Assembly: GCA_013359265.1 (NCBI GenBank)
Contig: JABWCD010000005.1
Location: forward strand, 73,678 to 137,677
Reading direction: 5' to 3'
Length of the DNA: 64,000 nucleotides
Origin: Candidatus Hydrogenedentota bacterium
Lineage (GTDB): Bacteria > Hydrogenedentota > Hydrogenedentia > Hydrogenedentales > SLHB01
The notes under the pieces are model-generated. The model was not told where the DNA came from. It was given only the letters and a program-made list of their open reading frames with translations, and did no database searches. The position numbers were made by a program, and so were the translations under genes. Below are positions 39,316 to 48,847 of the stretch, piece by piece (position 1 is the stretch's first letter; every line of letters starts with the position of its first letter).

Positions 39316-39485
39316 GCCCAGGCTGCACGATGTGCGCAGTGCACCGCCATAGAACGTCCTTTCGTTGGCCCGCCTCAATCTTGATCCGCCAGCGCACACC
39401 CTGTTACATATCAGTCTAACGGGTGCATGGCGTGTCGGGCGCAGGCAATGACCGTCCCCCGTTGGGATTCGAGTGGGGAGAATTC

Positions 39486-42400
39486 ATGGCCGAGAAGCCC
39501 AATCCTAGAAGCGAGCCGCGCGGCAAAGACCTGTTCATTGTCGACAACAGCGACACGGACTGGAAGGTCAAGAGCTACCTCCAGGAATGGACAGAGGTCG
39601 CGCATCAGTTCGACATTGCCACGGGATATTTCGAGGTGGGCGCACTGCTTGCGCTGGACGGTCAGTGGCAGAAGCTCGACAAGGTCCGCATTCTCATGGG
39701 CGACGAGGTCAGCCTCCGCACCAAACGTGCTTTCACAAACGGACTCGCCAAGGTCGAAATGGCGCTCGACGCGAGCATCGAAAAGGAAAAAGAAACGAAC
39801 GACTTTCTCCACGGCGTACCGGGGATTGTCGAGGGCATTCGGTCGAACAAAATCGAGTGCCGCGTCTACACGAAAGACAAATTCCACGCCAAGGCCTTTA
39901 TCACCCACGGCAAGCTCGCCGTTGTCGGCTCGACCGCCTTGGTCGGCTCCAGCAACTTCACTTACCCGGGTCTGACGGACAATGTCGAGCTGAACGTCCA
40001 GATTCAGCGCGAGGTCAAGGACCTTCAAGAGTGGTACGAACGCCACTGGAACGAAGCGAAGGACGTTTCGGAAGATGTCCTCCGCGTCATCGAACGCCAC
40101 ACGCGCGAGTTCACGCCCTTCGAGGTATACGTCAAGGCGCTTCAGGAGTTCTTCCGAGGCCACGAACTGACGGCATCGGAATGGGAACTGACCAAATCGC
40201 TGATGTACCCCAAACTGGATCAATACCAGAAAGAGGGCTACCACGCGCTGCTCAAAATCGCCATGCAACACAAGGGCGCTTTTCTCTGCGACGGCGTCGG
40301 TTTGGGCAAGACGTTTATCGGCATGATGCTGATCGAACGCCTCACGATGTTCGACCGCAAACGTGTCGCGCTATTCGTCCCAAAGGCTGCTCGCAAGCCA
40401 GTCTGGGAAGCCGCGCTCAGAAAGTATCTGCCCAATCTCGGCGGGGACTTTACGAACCTTGTGATTTACAACCACACCGACTTGCAGCGGGGCGGCGAAT
40501 ATCAGTCGCGCTTGGCCCGACTGAAAGACATGGCTGACGTGGTGATAATCGACGAAGCGCATCACTTCCGCAATCCCGGCGTAAAGGGCGAAGGCACGAA
40601 GCGGCCCTCACGGTACTGGCACATGTTTGACCTGTGCGAAGGCAAGACGGTGTTCATGCTCACCGCGACGCCCATCAACAACAGTCTACTCGACTTTCAG
40701 CACATGATCGAGCTGTTCAGCCGCCGCGAGTCGGCGTATTTCCAGAACACAGTCGGAATCCATTCCCTCGCTGGCCATTTTCGCAAGCTGGAGAAGGCGC
40801 TGGAACGCGCCGTTGGCATCGGCGTGGAACAGATGGAACTGCCCATCGAAGTGAATCAGGCGGAAGCCGCCGAAGTCATTACCGGCGATCCCCTCCTGAC
40901 AAAGCTGGTCGTGCAGCGCAGCCGCGCCTACGTGCGTAAGAGCCAAGAACAACACGACGGGCGGACAGCCATTTTCCCCGAACGCCAGGCCCCGCAGGTC
41001 GCGGATTACTCGATCAAGAAAACATACGGGCGCTTGTTGAAAATGCTTGAGGACGCATTCAACAAGGAAAAGCCGCTATTCTCGCTCGCCATCTACTACC
41101 CATTGGCCTACTACAAAGGGCCGAACGACGCGATTGACACCAAGCTGGAAAACCGGCAAAAGCAGGTCGTCAGCCTGATCCGCACGCAGTTCCTAAAGCG
41201 ATTCGAAAGCTCGGCGCGCGCGTTCCAAATGTCTTGTCAGGCGCTGATGCTCAAGCTGCTTGCCTTCGCGACAAAGCACAGCACGTCGATCACCGAGAAA
41301 CACCGGCTGGAACGGTGGAAGGGACAACACGAGGACCTCATCGGATACGTCCGCGAGCATCAGCACGAATTCTGGGGCGACGCGGAGGAAGACGACGCGG
41401 ACGCGGACATCATCACCGATGAAATGATGGAAGACATCGACGAACTTCACGAAGACGAGTACAACATCGATGAAATCCTGTCCGAAACTTTCCTCGACCT
41501 CGACCAGGTCGCCGCATTCCTTCAGGAACTACAGAAGTTCAAGCCATCGCACGACGACAAGCTGAAGGCCCTCGTGAAACTGCTGAAATCAGACCCCGTG
41601 CTCAAAGAGCACAAGGTTATTATCTTCTCCGAATACATGGCGACGGCTCGCTATCTCAGGAAGCAACTGGAAGAACAGGGCTTTACCCGCGTCGACGAAG
41701 TGGACTCCGCCAGCAAGAAAGACCGGGGCGTGGTCATCACCCGCTTCGCGCCGTACTACAACGATTCGTCGTCGGGAAAGCTGGCGGAGGAGGGTCACGA
41801 TGAAACGGGCATCCTTATCGCCACGGACGTGCTCTCCGAAGGCCTGAACCTCCAGGACGCGACGCGGCTCATCAATTACGACCTCCACTGGAACCCTGTC
41901 CGCCTCATGCAGCGCATTGGCCGCGTGGACCGCCGCATGAACCCGGATGTCGAGGCCGCGATTCTCAAGGACCATCCGGAACAAGAGAAGATTCGCGGCA
42001 AGGTCGCCTACTGGAACTTCCTGCCCCCGGACGAACTGGACGAACTGCTCCGGCTGTATTCGCTCGTGTCGCACAAGACGCTGAAGATTTCGAAAACGCT
42101 CGGTATCGAAGGCAAAAAGCTGCTCCGGCCCGAAGACGACTACGAGGCCCTGAAAGACTTCAACCACGCCTACGAAGGCACGCCCAGCGGCGACGAGGCA
42201 ATGCACCTCGAATACCAGCGACTATTGAAGGAACACCCCGGTTTGGAGGAACGGCTAAACGCGTTGCCCAAGCGGGTATTCTCCGGGAAGGAACACCCTA
42301 AGCCGGGCACCAAGGCCGTCTTCTTCTGTTTCTCGCTGCCCGCGTTCGATACCAGCGTGAAACTCGAAGAGGGCGATCCGGAAACGAACGCCTGGACAGA

Positions 42401-42647
42401 CGACGCGGGCCTCACGCAGTGGTATCTGTACGATCTGGCGACCGAAAATATTCACACCGACGCTGCCGAAATCTTCACAGTGATCCAGAGCGAACCGGAC
42501 ACGCCACGACACCGATCCGTGACGGACGAGACGCTTTCCGAAATTCGCGCTAAGGTTGAAAGACACGTCAAGAACACATACTTCAAGCAAGTTCAGGCTC
42601 CGGTCGGAGTTCGGGCCACGCTCAAATGCTGGATGGAACTAAGCTAG
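39486..42647 (+). CDS. PLD-like nuclease fused to SNF2-family (SF2) helicase
   Basis: FHAKAF..GSSNFT (HKD-type), DGVGLGKT, DEAH, LTATP, TDVLSEGLNLQ, QRIGRVDR; GGGGAG RBS. Confidence 0.9.
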   Translation: MAEKPNPRSEPRGKDLFIVDNSDTDWKVKSYLQEWTEVAHQFDIATGYFEVGALLALDGQWQKLDKVRILMGDEVSLRTKRAFTNGLAKVEMALDASIEKEKETNDFLHGVPGIVEGIRSNKIECRVYTKDKFHAKAFITHGKLAVVGSTALVGSSNFTYPGLTDNVELNVQIQREVKDLQEWYERHWNEAKDVSEDVLRVIERHTREFTPFEVYVKALQEFFRGHELTASEWELTKSLMYPKLDQYQKEGYHALLKIAMQHKGAFLCDGVGLGKTFIGMMLIERLTMFDRKRVALFVPKAARKPVWEAALRKYLPNLGGDFTNLVIYNHTDLQRGGEYQSRLARLKDMADVVIIDEAHHFRNPGVKGEGTKRPSRYWHMFDLCEGKTVFMLTATPINNSLLDFQHMIELFSRRESAYFQNTVGIHSLAGHFRKLEKALERAVGIGVEQMELPIEVNQAEAAEVITGDPLLTKLVVQRSRAYVRKSQEQHDGRTAIFPERQAPQVADYSIKKTYGRLLKMLEDAFNKEKPLFSLAIYYPLAYYKGPNDAIDTKLENRQKQVVSLIRTQFLKRFESSARAFQMSCQALMLKLLAFATKHSTSITEKHRLERWKGQHEDLIGYVREHQHEFWGDAEEDDADADIITDEMMEDIDELHEDEYNIDEILSETFLDLDQVAAFLQELQKFKPSHDDKLKALVKLLKSDPVLKEHKVIIFSEYMATARYLRKQLEEQGFTRVDEVDSASKKDRGVVITRFAPYYNDSSSGKLAEEGHDETGILIATDVLSEGLNLQDATRLINYDLHWNPVRLMQRIGRVDRRMNPDVEAAILKDHPEQEKIRGKVAYWNFLPPDELDELLRLYSLVSHKTLKISKTLGIEGKKLLRPEDDYEALKDFNHAYEGTPSGDEAMHLEYQRLLKEHPGLEERLNALPKRVFSGKEHPKPGTKAVFFCFSLPAFDTSVKLEEGDPETNAWTDDAGLTQWYLYDLATENIHTDAAEIFTVIQSEPDTPRHRSVTDETLSEIRAKVERHVKNTYFKQVQAPVGVRATLKCWMELS

Positions 42648-42671
42648 CCGACGAGCAAGGGGATAGGGACC

Positions 42672-43163
42672 ATGCCGTATCGAATCACTGAGAAACTTCA
42701 GGGGGTGAAGGTTTCGGCGGGTACACTGGCCAACGCCGTGTCAACCATCCAAGGTGCAAAAGGTGGCGTTCCCGTATTCAGCTTTGCCAAGGGTGAGTTC
42801 GAACTTCGGCGACTCGATGTTGCAGTCACCATACCCGCCACCGGTGCATGGCCCGGCCCCGTCCAAGTTCGCGTGGCACAACTGCCACGTTTGAAAAAGT
42901 ACTTGGATTTGAAGTCCCTGGACGCGGAAATCGATATTTTGCCCACGCTAAGAGCGTTGAGGATTGGCGAGATTCAGGTTCCTTGCACGTGGCGCGCTAG
43001 GGCGTATGAAATCTTACGGGGCGCAACTGTAATTACATCGCCGGAACACCGACGCAAGTTCGAAGAGGTGGACAAAATAATTGGGAGCAAGTACGCCGCT
43101 CAAGCGATGAAAGATGCGGTCAACCCAAAAGAAGATGAAGAATGGCGCGAGACACTATTCTAA
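42672..43163 (+). CDS. hypothetical protein (163 aa) in the island operon
   Basis: AGGGA RBS, ATG 24 nt after the helicase stop, 22-nt overlap with the MTase start. Confidence 0.65.
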   Translation: MPYRITEKLQGVKVSAGTLANAVSTIQGAKGGVPVFSFAKGEFELRRLDVAVTIPATGAWPGPVQVRVAQLPRLKKYLDLKSLDAEIDILPTLRALRIGEIQVPCTWRARAYEILRGATVITSPEHRRKFEEVDKIIGSKYAAQAMKDAVNPKEDEEWRETLF

Positions 43164-46100
43164 GCATCGTTGATTTCCCTAGCCTTGTTACCTTCCTGGC
43201 CGACGAACTCGATTGGCCAATCGAGGACGACCAGTTTGACGACCTCGATGCGCTGGCATTCGACTACACGCCGGACGAACTCAACTTGCCGGACGAACTC
43301 CATGCCCGCGTGCGCAACGTCAAACAAATGCGCCCGCTCACGACCAACCAGCCGTGGGCGGTGTTCTACGTCGAGTTCGAGTCGAAGCGCCTGCCCCTTA
43401 CCGCGCTCCGCCGCATTCTGAATCGGTTCGTCGAGAAAAAGCGCACGTCCGCCGGTGACCGTGTCACGTGGAAAATGCAAGACCTCCTGTTCGTGAATGC
43501 CCACGGCGACGGCGAAGATCGGGGCATGACCTTTGCCCACTTCTCGAAGCCGGACGCGGGCTACACCGCCGTCATGCGCGAGTTCATGTGGACGCGCAAA
43601 GAAACGCACTTGGCCCATATTCACAATTATATCGAGTGCCTCCACTGGCCGGATGACGGTACGAGCCAGAAAGACTGGCGCGAGCAGTGGCGTTCGGCCT
43701 TTGTCGGCTCGAAGCGAAAAGCCATCCGGGACTCGAAAGAATTGGCCCAGGAAATGGCGCACTTCGCGCGGGACGTGCGCAAGCGCGTCGGTGAAGTGCT
43801 GGACATTACGCGCAAACGGCAGTTTGAGCCATTGCAGCAACTGTACAAGGCATTCAAGACGCTCTTAATCCATGACCTGTCGGAGGACGATTTCGCCGAC
43901 ACCTACGCGCAGACCCTTGCGTATGGACTGTTTGCGGCGCGCGCGGCCCATCCCAACGAATCATTTGACGTGGCCCACGCGCCGGAGCGCATTCCGCCTA
44001 CAAATCCTTTCCTACAGGGCCTATTCGCGCAGTGCTTGGGTCTGACAAAGGTTGGCGGTGGGAAGATCGACATTGAAGAAATCGGCGTGGGCCGATTGGT
44101 TGAACTCTTCGAGGGCCTGCGCCCCGAGGATACGACACGCATTCTCAACGAATTCGGGTCGCAGACCGGCGATCCAGTCATTCACTTCTACGAGGAATTC
44201 CTGACGGAATACGACAAGCGGAAGAAGGTTCAGCGCGGTGTGTTCTACACGCCCAAGCCGGTCGTGTCCTACATCGTGCGCAGCGTACACGAATTGCTTC
44301 AGACCGAGTTTGGGCTTGAGGACGGTCTTGCTTCGACCGATACGTGGGCAGATATGGCCGCACGATTTCCGAAATTAAAGATTCCGGATGAAGTAAACTC
44401 GAAATCCGCTTTCGTACAAATTCTCGATCCCGCTACCGGCACCGCCACCTTCCTCGTGGAGGTTATCGAAGTAATTCATCGCACACTGACCGAGCGGTGG
44501 AAGCGCGAGAAGGTTTCCGCGCAACAGCAGCAGGTCCTGTGGAATCAGTATGTCGTCAAGCACCTTCTTCCGCGACTCCACGGCTACGAACTCATGATGG
44601 CCCCCTACACCATCGCCCACATGAAAATTGGGCTGAAGTTGAGAGAACTGAATTTCACCGCACTCCAATCACTTGGTGCGAATGACCGGGTTCGAGTATA
44701 TCTCACAAATGCGCTAGAAGAACCTGACGATGCAAGCGGTCAAGCGCAAATCGAACAATGCACCCCCGCGCTCGCGCGAGAAGCCACTGAGGTTGGAAAG
44801 ATTAAGCGTGGCACGGTTTTTACAGTTGTAATTGGTAATCCGCCATACTCCGGGATATCGGCCAATCTGTCAACTGCAATGCGCCGCAGTGTCGACCCGT
44901 ACCGTTTTGTGGATGGCGATCCAATTAGGGAAAAAAGTGCGCTCCAATTCGAGAAGAATCTCAACGACGATTATGTGAAGTTTTTTCGTTTTGCCGAGAA
45001 GCAAATAGAGAAACGAGTTGGTCTTATCGGCCTCATCACAAACAATGGCTATCTGGAAAGCGCGACCCTGCGTGGCATGAGGAATCACTTGCTGCAATCG
45101 TTTGGTCGGCGTTGGTTCCTAGATCTGCATGGTGATGCTGACAAGCGAGAGCGTGATGAACTGGACCAGACAGACGAGAATGTCTTTGAGATAAAGCGCG
45201 GGGTTTGCATCGCACTCCTCGTTCGCCGTCCGAAGATCCATCTAGCCGACAACGAGTTGTTCAGACAGGACATACGAGGAAGTTCTGGGCACAAGTATCA
45301 TTGGCTAACCACTAATTCGATTTTGTCCACGCGGTTTTCTGCATTCGCAGCTAGAGAACCAAACTACTATTTCTTTGCGCGCAACGCCGAAACGGAGGCC
45401 GAATATAACCAAGCGATTCCTATGGTCGAACTTTATGGAATAAACTCGACCGGCTTTGAATCTGGACGTGACGAGATCCTTACCGACTTTACTGCAATGG
45501 AACTTCGATCCAAACTTGTGCATTTTGCGACGTCACCAAAGGACGAGATTGTCCAAAGGTACTCTGTTTCCGAAGCGTGGGGAAAGAAACTATTCGATGA
45601 AAGGGCGACCATCGTCGCGGAAAAGGATTTTGCGAGGCATATCACGCCTTTCTTGTTTGGCCCTTTCGACTTGCGATACTGCTTCTACCGAAAAGACCTC
45701 TTGAAGACAAACAGTCACAGCGCGGGGAAACATCTCCTTGCAGGACAAAATGTTGCCCTGATGGTAATGCGGCAAGTCTCCATTGATGGCCCATTTACGC
45801 ATATTGGCGTGTCCAAAGTCATTCCAAACAACCGGTGTTTCTATAGTACCAAAGGGAAAATCTCATATTTTCCGCACGAACTCTTAGCTGGTGATCGAGA
45901 CCTGCCGTATTCGAGAGATCGATTTGTAGGATCTAACTTCAGACCGCAGGCATTGGCGCGAATCAAACGTCTTCTTAAACCCCACCAATCTGAGACCGAA
46001 CTCTCTGATCGAGCAGTGTTCGACTATGCTTACGCGGTGTTTCACAGTCCCGGCTACAGGAGCCGCTACGCGGAGTTTTTGAAGACCGATTTCCCGCGCT

Positions 46101-47158
46101 TGCCGTTAACCGGGAACCTGGAACTGTTCGGCGCGCTGGCCCGGCTCGGCGGCGAACTCGTCGCTCTGCACCTGCTGGAATCGCCCAAGCTCGACAAACC
46201 AATTACCGAATTTATTGGTGGGCGGAATCCCGAGGTCGAAAAGGTCTCGTGGTCGAATAACACCGTGTGGGTGGACAAGGCACAGACCACCGGCTTCCAG
46301 GGCGTGCGCGAGGACGTGTGGAACTTCCATGTCGGCGGCTATCAGGTCTGTGAGAAATGGCTCAAAGACCGCAGAGGCCGCACGCTGTCGGACGACGACA
46401 TCGCGCACTACCACAAAATCGTCGTCGCGCTCACCGAGACCATCCGGATCATGAAGGAAATCGATGAGGTCATCGACCAACACGGCGGCTGGCCCGGCGC
46501 TTTCTTGACGGGCAATTCCGCGGCGACGGTCCCCCCGGAAGCATCCGAGACAGTAGATCTCACATCAGCAAATAACGAACCAGAGTCACCCTGCGCCGCC
46601 GCCGATGAACCTGATCTGTTTTCATCCGTCGAGTCAGTCGGCTCCGACGAACTGGAGGGCGCCGCCGAGGAGTTGCCGGAAGTGCAGGACGAGGACGATG
46701 CGCCAAGTTATCGTCCGATCAGCGAGGTGCCGCGCGAGGAAGTGCTGTGCGCGGTGCGTAAGATACTCACCGCCGAATCGCCCTTGGACCGGGACGACCT
46801 GCTGAAACGCCTAGCCGAAGAGTTCGGTTATCAGCGGCTCGGCCCGAAGGCGCGCGACTTGCTCGAAGACGATCTGAAGACGGCAGTGCGCCGTGGCATC
46901 GCCAAGCGTAACAGCAACGAATACTCGCTGATCGCGCGCGGCATCAACGGCTACAACCGCAACTGGCTCAAAGACTGTTTCGTCAGCGCAACGGGCCGCA
47001 CGTGGATTTCCCGCGAGGACGCCATCCGCCAGTTTGCGCGGCACCTCGGATTCGCCCGCACCGGCAGCGCTATCGAGGACATGGCCCGCTCCCTCATTAA
47101 AGGCCTCCTCCGCGAGGGGCGGCTCGAATCCGACGGCCCGAATATTCGACGGGTGTAG
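43142..47158 (+). CDS. amino (N6A/N4C) DNA methyltransferase, Type IIG / Type ISP-like, with specificity region and C-terminal extension
   Basis: YAQTLAYGLFAAR, GVFYTP, LDPATGT (motif I), GNPPY (motif IV), DDYVKF, DLHG, FPRLP, GGYQVCEKWLKDR. Confidence 0.9.
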   Translation: MARDTILSIVDFPSLVTFLADELDWPIEDDQFDDLDALAFDYTPDELNLPDELHARVRNVKQMRPLTTNQPWAVFYVEFESKRLPLTALRRILNRFVEKKRTSAGDRVTWKMQDLLFVNAHGDGEDRGMTFAHFSKPDAGYTAVMREFMWTRKETHLAHIHNYIECLHWPDDGTSQKDWREQWRSAFVGSKRKAIRDSKELAQEMAHFARDVRKRVGEVLDITRKRQFEPLQQLYKAFKTLLIHDLSEDDFADTYAQTLAYGLFAARAAHPNESFDVAHAPERIPPTNPFLQGLFAQCLGLTKVGGGKIDIEEIGVGRLVELFEGLRPEDTTRILNEFGSQTGDPVIHFYEEFLTEYDKRKKVQRGVFYTPKPVVSYIVRSVHELLQTEFGLEDGLASTDTWADMAARFPKLKIPDEVNSKSAFVQILDPATGTATFLVEVIEVIHRTLTERWKREKVSAQQQQVLWNQYVVKHLLPRLHGYELMMAPYTIAHMKIGLKLRELNFTALQSLGANDRVRVYLTNALEEPDDASGQAQIEQCTPALAREATEVGKIKRGTVFTVVIGNPPYSGISANLSTAMRRSVDPYRFVDGDPIREKSALQFEKNLNDDYVKFFRFAEKQIEKRVGLIGLITNNGYLESATLRGMRNHLLQSFGRRWFLDLHGDADKRERDELDQTDENVFEIKRGVCIALLVRRPKIHLADNELFRQDIRGSSGHKYHWLTTNSILSTRFSAFAAREPNYYFFARNAETEAEYNQAIPMVELYGINSTGFESGRDEILTDFTAMELRSKLVHFATSPKDEIVQRYSVSEAWGKKLFDERATIVAEKDFARHITPFLFGPFDLRYCFYRKDLLKTNSHSAGKHLLAGQNVALMVMRQVSIDGPFTHIGVSKVIPNNRCFYSTKGKISYFPHELLAGDRDLPYSRDRFVGSNFRPQALARIKRLLKPHQSETELSDRAVFDYAYAVFHSPGYRSRYAEFLKTDFPRLPLTGNLELFGALARLGGELVALHLLESPKLDKPITEFIGGRNPEVEKVSWSNNTVWVDKAQTTGFQGVREDVWNFHVGGYQVCEKWLKDRRGRTLSDDDIAHYHKIVVALTETIRIMKEIDEVIDQHGGWPGAFLTGNSAATVPPEASETVDLTSANNEPESPCAAADEPDLFSSVESVGSDELEGAAEELPEVQDEDDAPSYRPISEVPREEVLCAVRKILTAESPLDRDDLLKRLAEEFGYQRLGPKARDLLEDDLKTAVRRGIAKRNSNEYSLIARGINGYNRNWLKDCFVSATGRTWISREDAIRQFARHLGFARTGSAIEDMARSLIKGLLREGRLESDGPNIRRV

Positions 47159-47207
47159 AACATTGACGAGCAATGATCAGCACCAATCCAACTACGAGGT
47201 TTAACGA

Positions 47208-48317
47208 ATGCCATACAGGCCAAAGGAAGAATTTGTCCAAATGGCTAAGCAGGTGGTGGTAACGGGAAGGCCGCTCACTATTTCCGTGCGACAGTTGTTG
47301 GAGTTCTTTTGGCAGGAAAGGCGCGGCAAATACGTTACTCGGTACATTCGGAGCAAACTAACGAGTCTGGGGGTCGAGACGGATCCTCCATTTGAAGATG
47401 AACATATTGACGGTATAATCAAACTCTTTCCGCGGGAAAAGCGGGGCCCGGGCCGACCACCAAAAGCTGGTAAGAAAACGCCCGGTGCCGTTGCTGTGGT
47501 ACCACCTGCCCTTGTCGTAAACGATACGGAGTCGAGCCCCGTTATCGAGGAAAATATCCCGGTCGAAGATTCGGTTGAAGATGAGCGCCGCTCGTACTTG
47601 CCCATTTCGCTATTGAGCGCAGCAAACCGAAAGCCTGTGAGTGTGCGTCCAGGCGATGAGATTGAAACGGTCGTGTTCCAATTAATGTCCGAAGGACTCG
47701 CTCATTTGCCCGTGTTACGGGATTCTAGAAGTCCTGAGGGAATCATCACTTGGCAATCATTGGGCAAGGCAAACGCGGGTGGCGATCCTCCGAAGACCGC
47801 AAGAGAGTGTTTGGATGTCGACGTCCGTGTTGTCGGCTTGGATACGCCGCTGTTCGATGCTGTTAGGGACATCATCAAAAGCGGCGTAGTATTGGTGCGG
47901 AACAAGAGCAATGAGATATGCGGCATGCTCACGGCGCAGGACATCGCGGAGCAGTTCGTTGCGCTCTCTGAACCTTTTTTGTTTCTCGAACAGATCGAGA
48001 ACCATCTTCGTAATTTGTTGATTCGTGCCAAGCTCTCGCAACAAGAACTGAATTCTTTTATTGATCCGGCCGACAAAAGAAGAACTCAAGGAAAAATAAC
48101 CGTAGATGACCTGACCTTTGGCGAGTATTTGCGGGCGATGTCGAAGGAAGAGGTTTGGTCGCGACTAGCACTTAGAATTAATCGGAAGCTGTTCATCGAT
48201 CGGATGGATAAAGTGCGCGAGATCCGAAATAGCGTAATGCATTTTCATCCGGATGGAATTTCAGATGGCGATCGTGAACTGCTCGCCAAAACGCGTGAAA
48301 TGCTACAAGGTCTGTAA
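47208..48317 (+). CDS. CBS-pair + HEPN (Swt1-like) domain protein
   Basis: CBS elements (HLPV..GIITW; DTPLFDAV..GMLTAQDI); EQIENHLRNL, LTFGEY, RNSVMH (RxxxxH at 48225-48242). Confidence 0.8.
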   Translation: MPYRPKEEFVQMAKQVVVTGRPLTISVRQLLEFFWQERRGKYVTRYIRSKLTSLGVETDPPFEDEHIDGIIKLFPREKRGPGRPPKAGKKTPGAVAVVPPALVVNDTESSPVIEENIPVEDSVEDERRSYLPISLLSAANRKPVSVRPGDEIETVVFQLMSEGLAHLPVLRDSRSPEGIITWQSLGKANAGGDPPKTARECLDVDVRVVGLDTPLFDAVRDIIKSGVVLVRNKSNEICGMLTAQDIAEQFVALSEPFLFLEQIENHLRNLLIRAKLSQQELNSFIDPADKRRTQGKITVDDLTFGEYLRAMSKEEVWSRLALRINRKLFIDRMDKVREIRNSVMHFHPDGISDGDRELLAKTREMLQGL

Positions 48318-48616
48318 CAGAAATGCCATAGGATATAGGATTCTTGCGAATCTCACGGCATGGAGCCCAATTTAGTCCTACGGCAAGATTCATCGTATCA
48401 CAGAAAATGCGAATTGATAACACGAATGCGCCGTGATGCACACGAATGGGCGCCAGGCCAGCGGGTTTGGGACGCGCCGTAAACGGCTAACCGACAAGAG
48501 CCTGTAAATGTTGGGAGAGGGCTGCGTATGCCATGCAAGTCGAAAGCGGAATTTGTGGCACTTGCGAAGCAGCAAGTTCGAAAAACCGGACGTCGTGCAT
48601 GGGCAAGAGTGAAAAA

Positions 48617-48695
48617 TGGTCGGGGCGACTGGATTCGAACCAGCGACCCCTTGCCCCCCAGGCAAGTGCGCTAAACCGGGCTGCGCTACGCCCCG
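48617..48695 (-). tRNA. tRNA-Pro (GGG)
   Basis: CGGGGCG acceptor stem, anticodon arm CTTGC-CTGGGGG-GCAAG, TTCGAAT T-loop, encoded CCA. Confidence 0.96.
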
Positions 48696-48847
48696 ACCGA
48701 AGGTGAGAATGCGTGATTTGTACGTGAAGTTTATCAAATGGGTGGCGACTGTTCCAGTGGCGGCTTCTTGCCGAACTATCTCCAGCGAATAAAGCGAATG
48801 CCGCGCAGGACTTGCGCGGCACTTCGCATTGATCGCGTGCGTTCGGG

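Larger units (their letters stand above)
39275..48651. mobile_element. genomic island integrated at tRNA-Pro(GGG), no integrase visible
   Basis: 41-bp direct repeat at both ends, defence-type cargo, AT-richer segments. Confidence 0.85.

Noticed and set aside
39275-39323. second tRNA-Pro gene
   Set aside because: Only the T-arm and 3' acceptor half are present; D-arm and anticodon arm are missing, so it is an att remnant
39486-47158. complete DISARM or BREX system
   Set aside because: No DrmA/DrmB (DUF1998), PglZ or BrxC genes within the att boundaries
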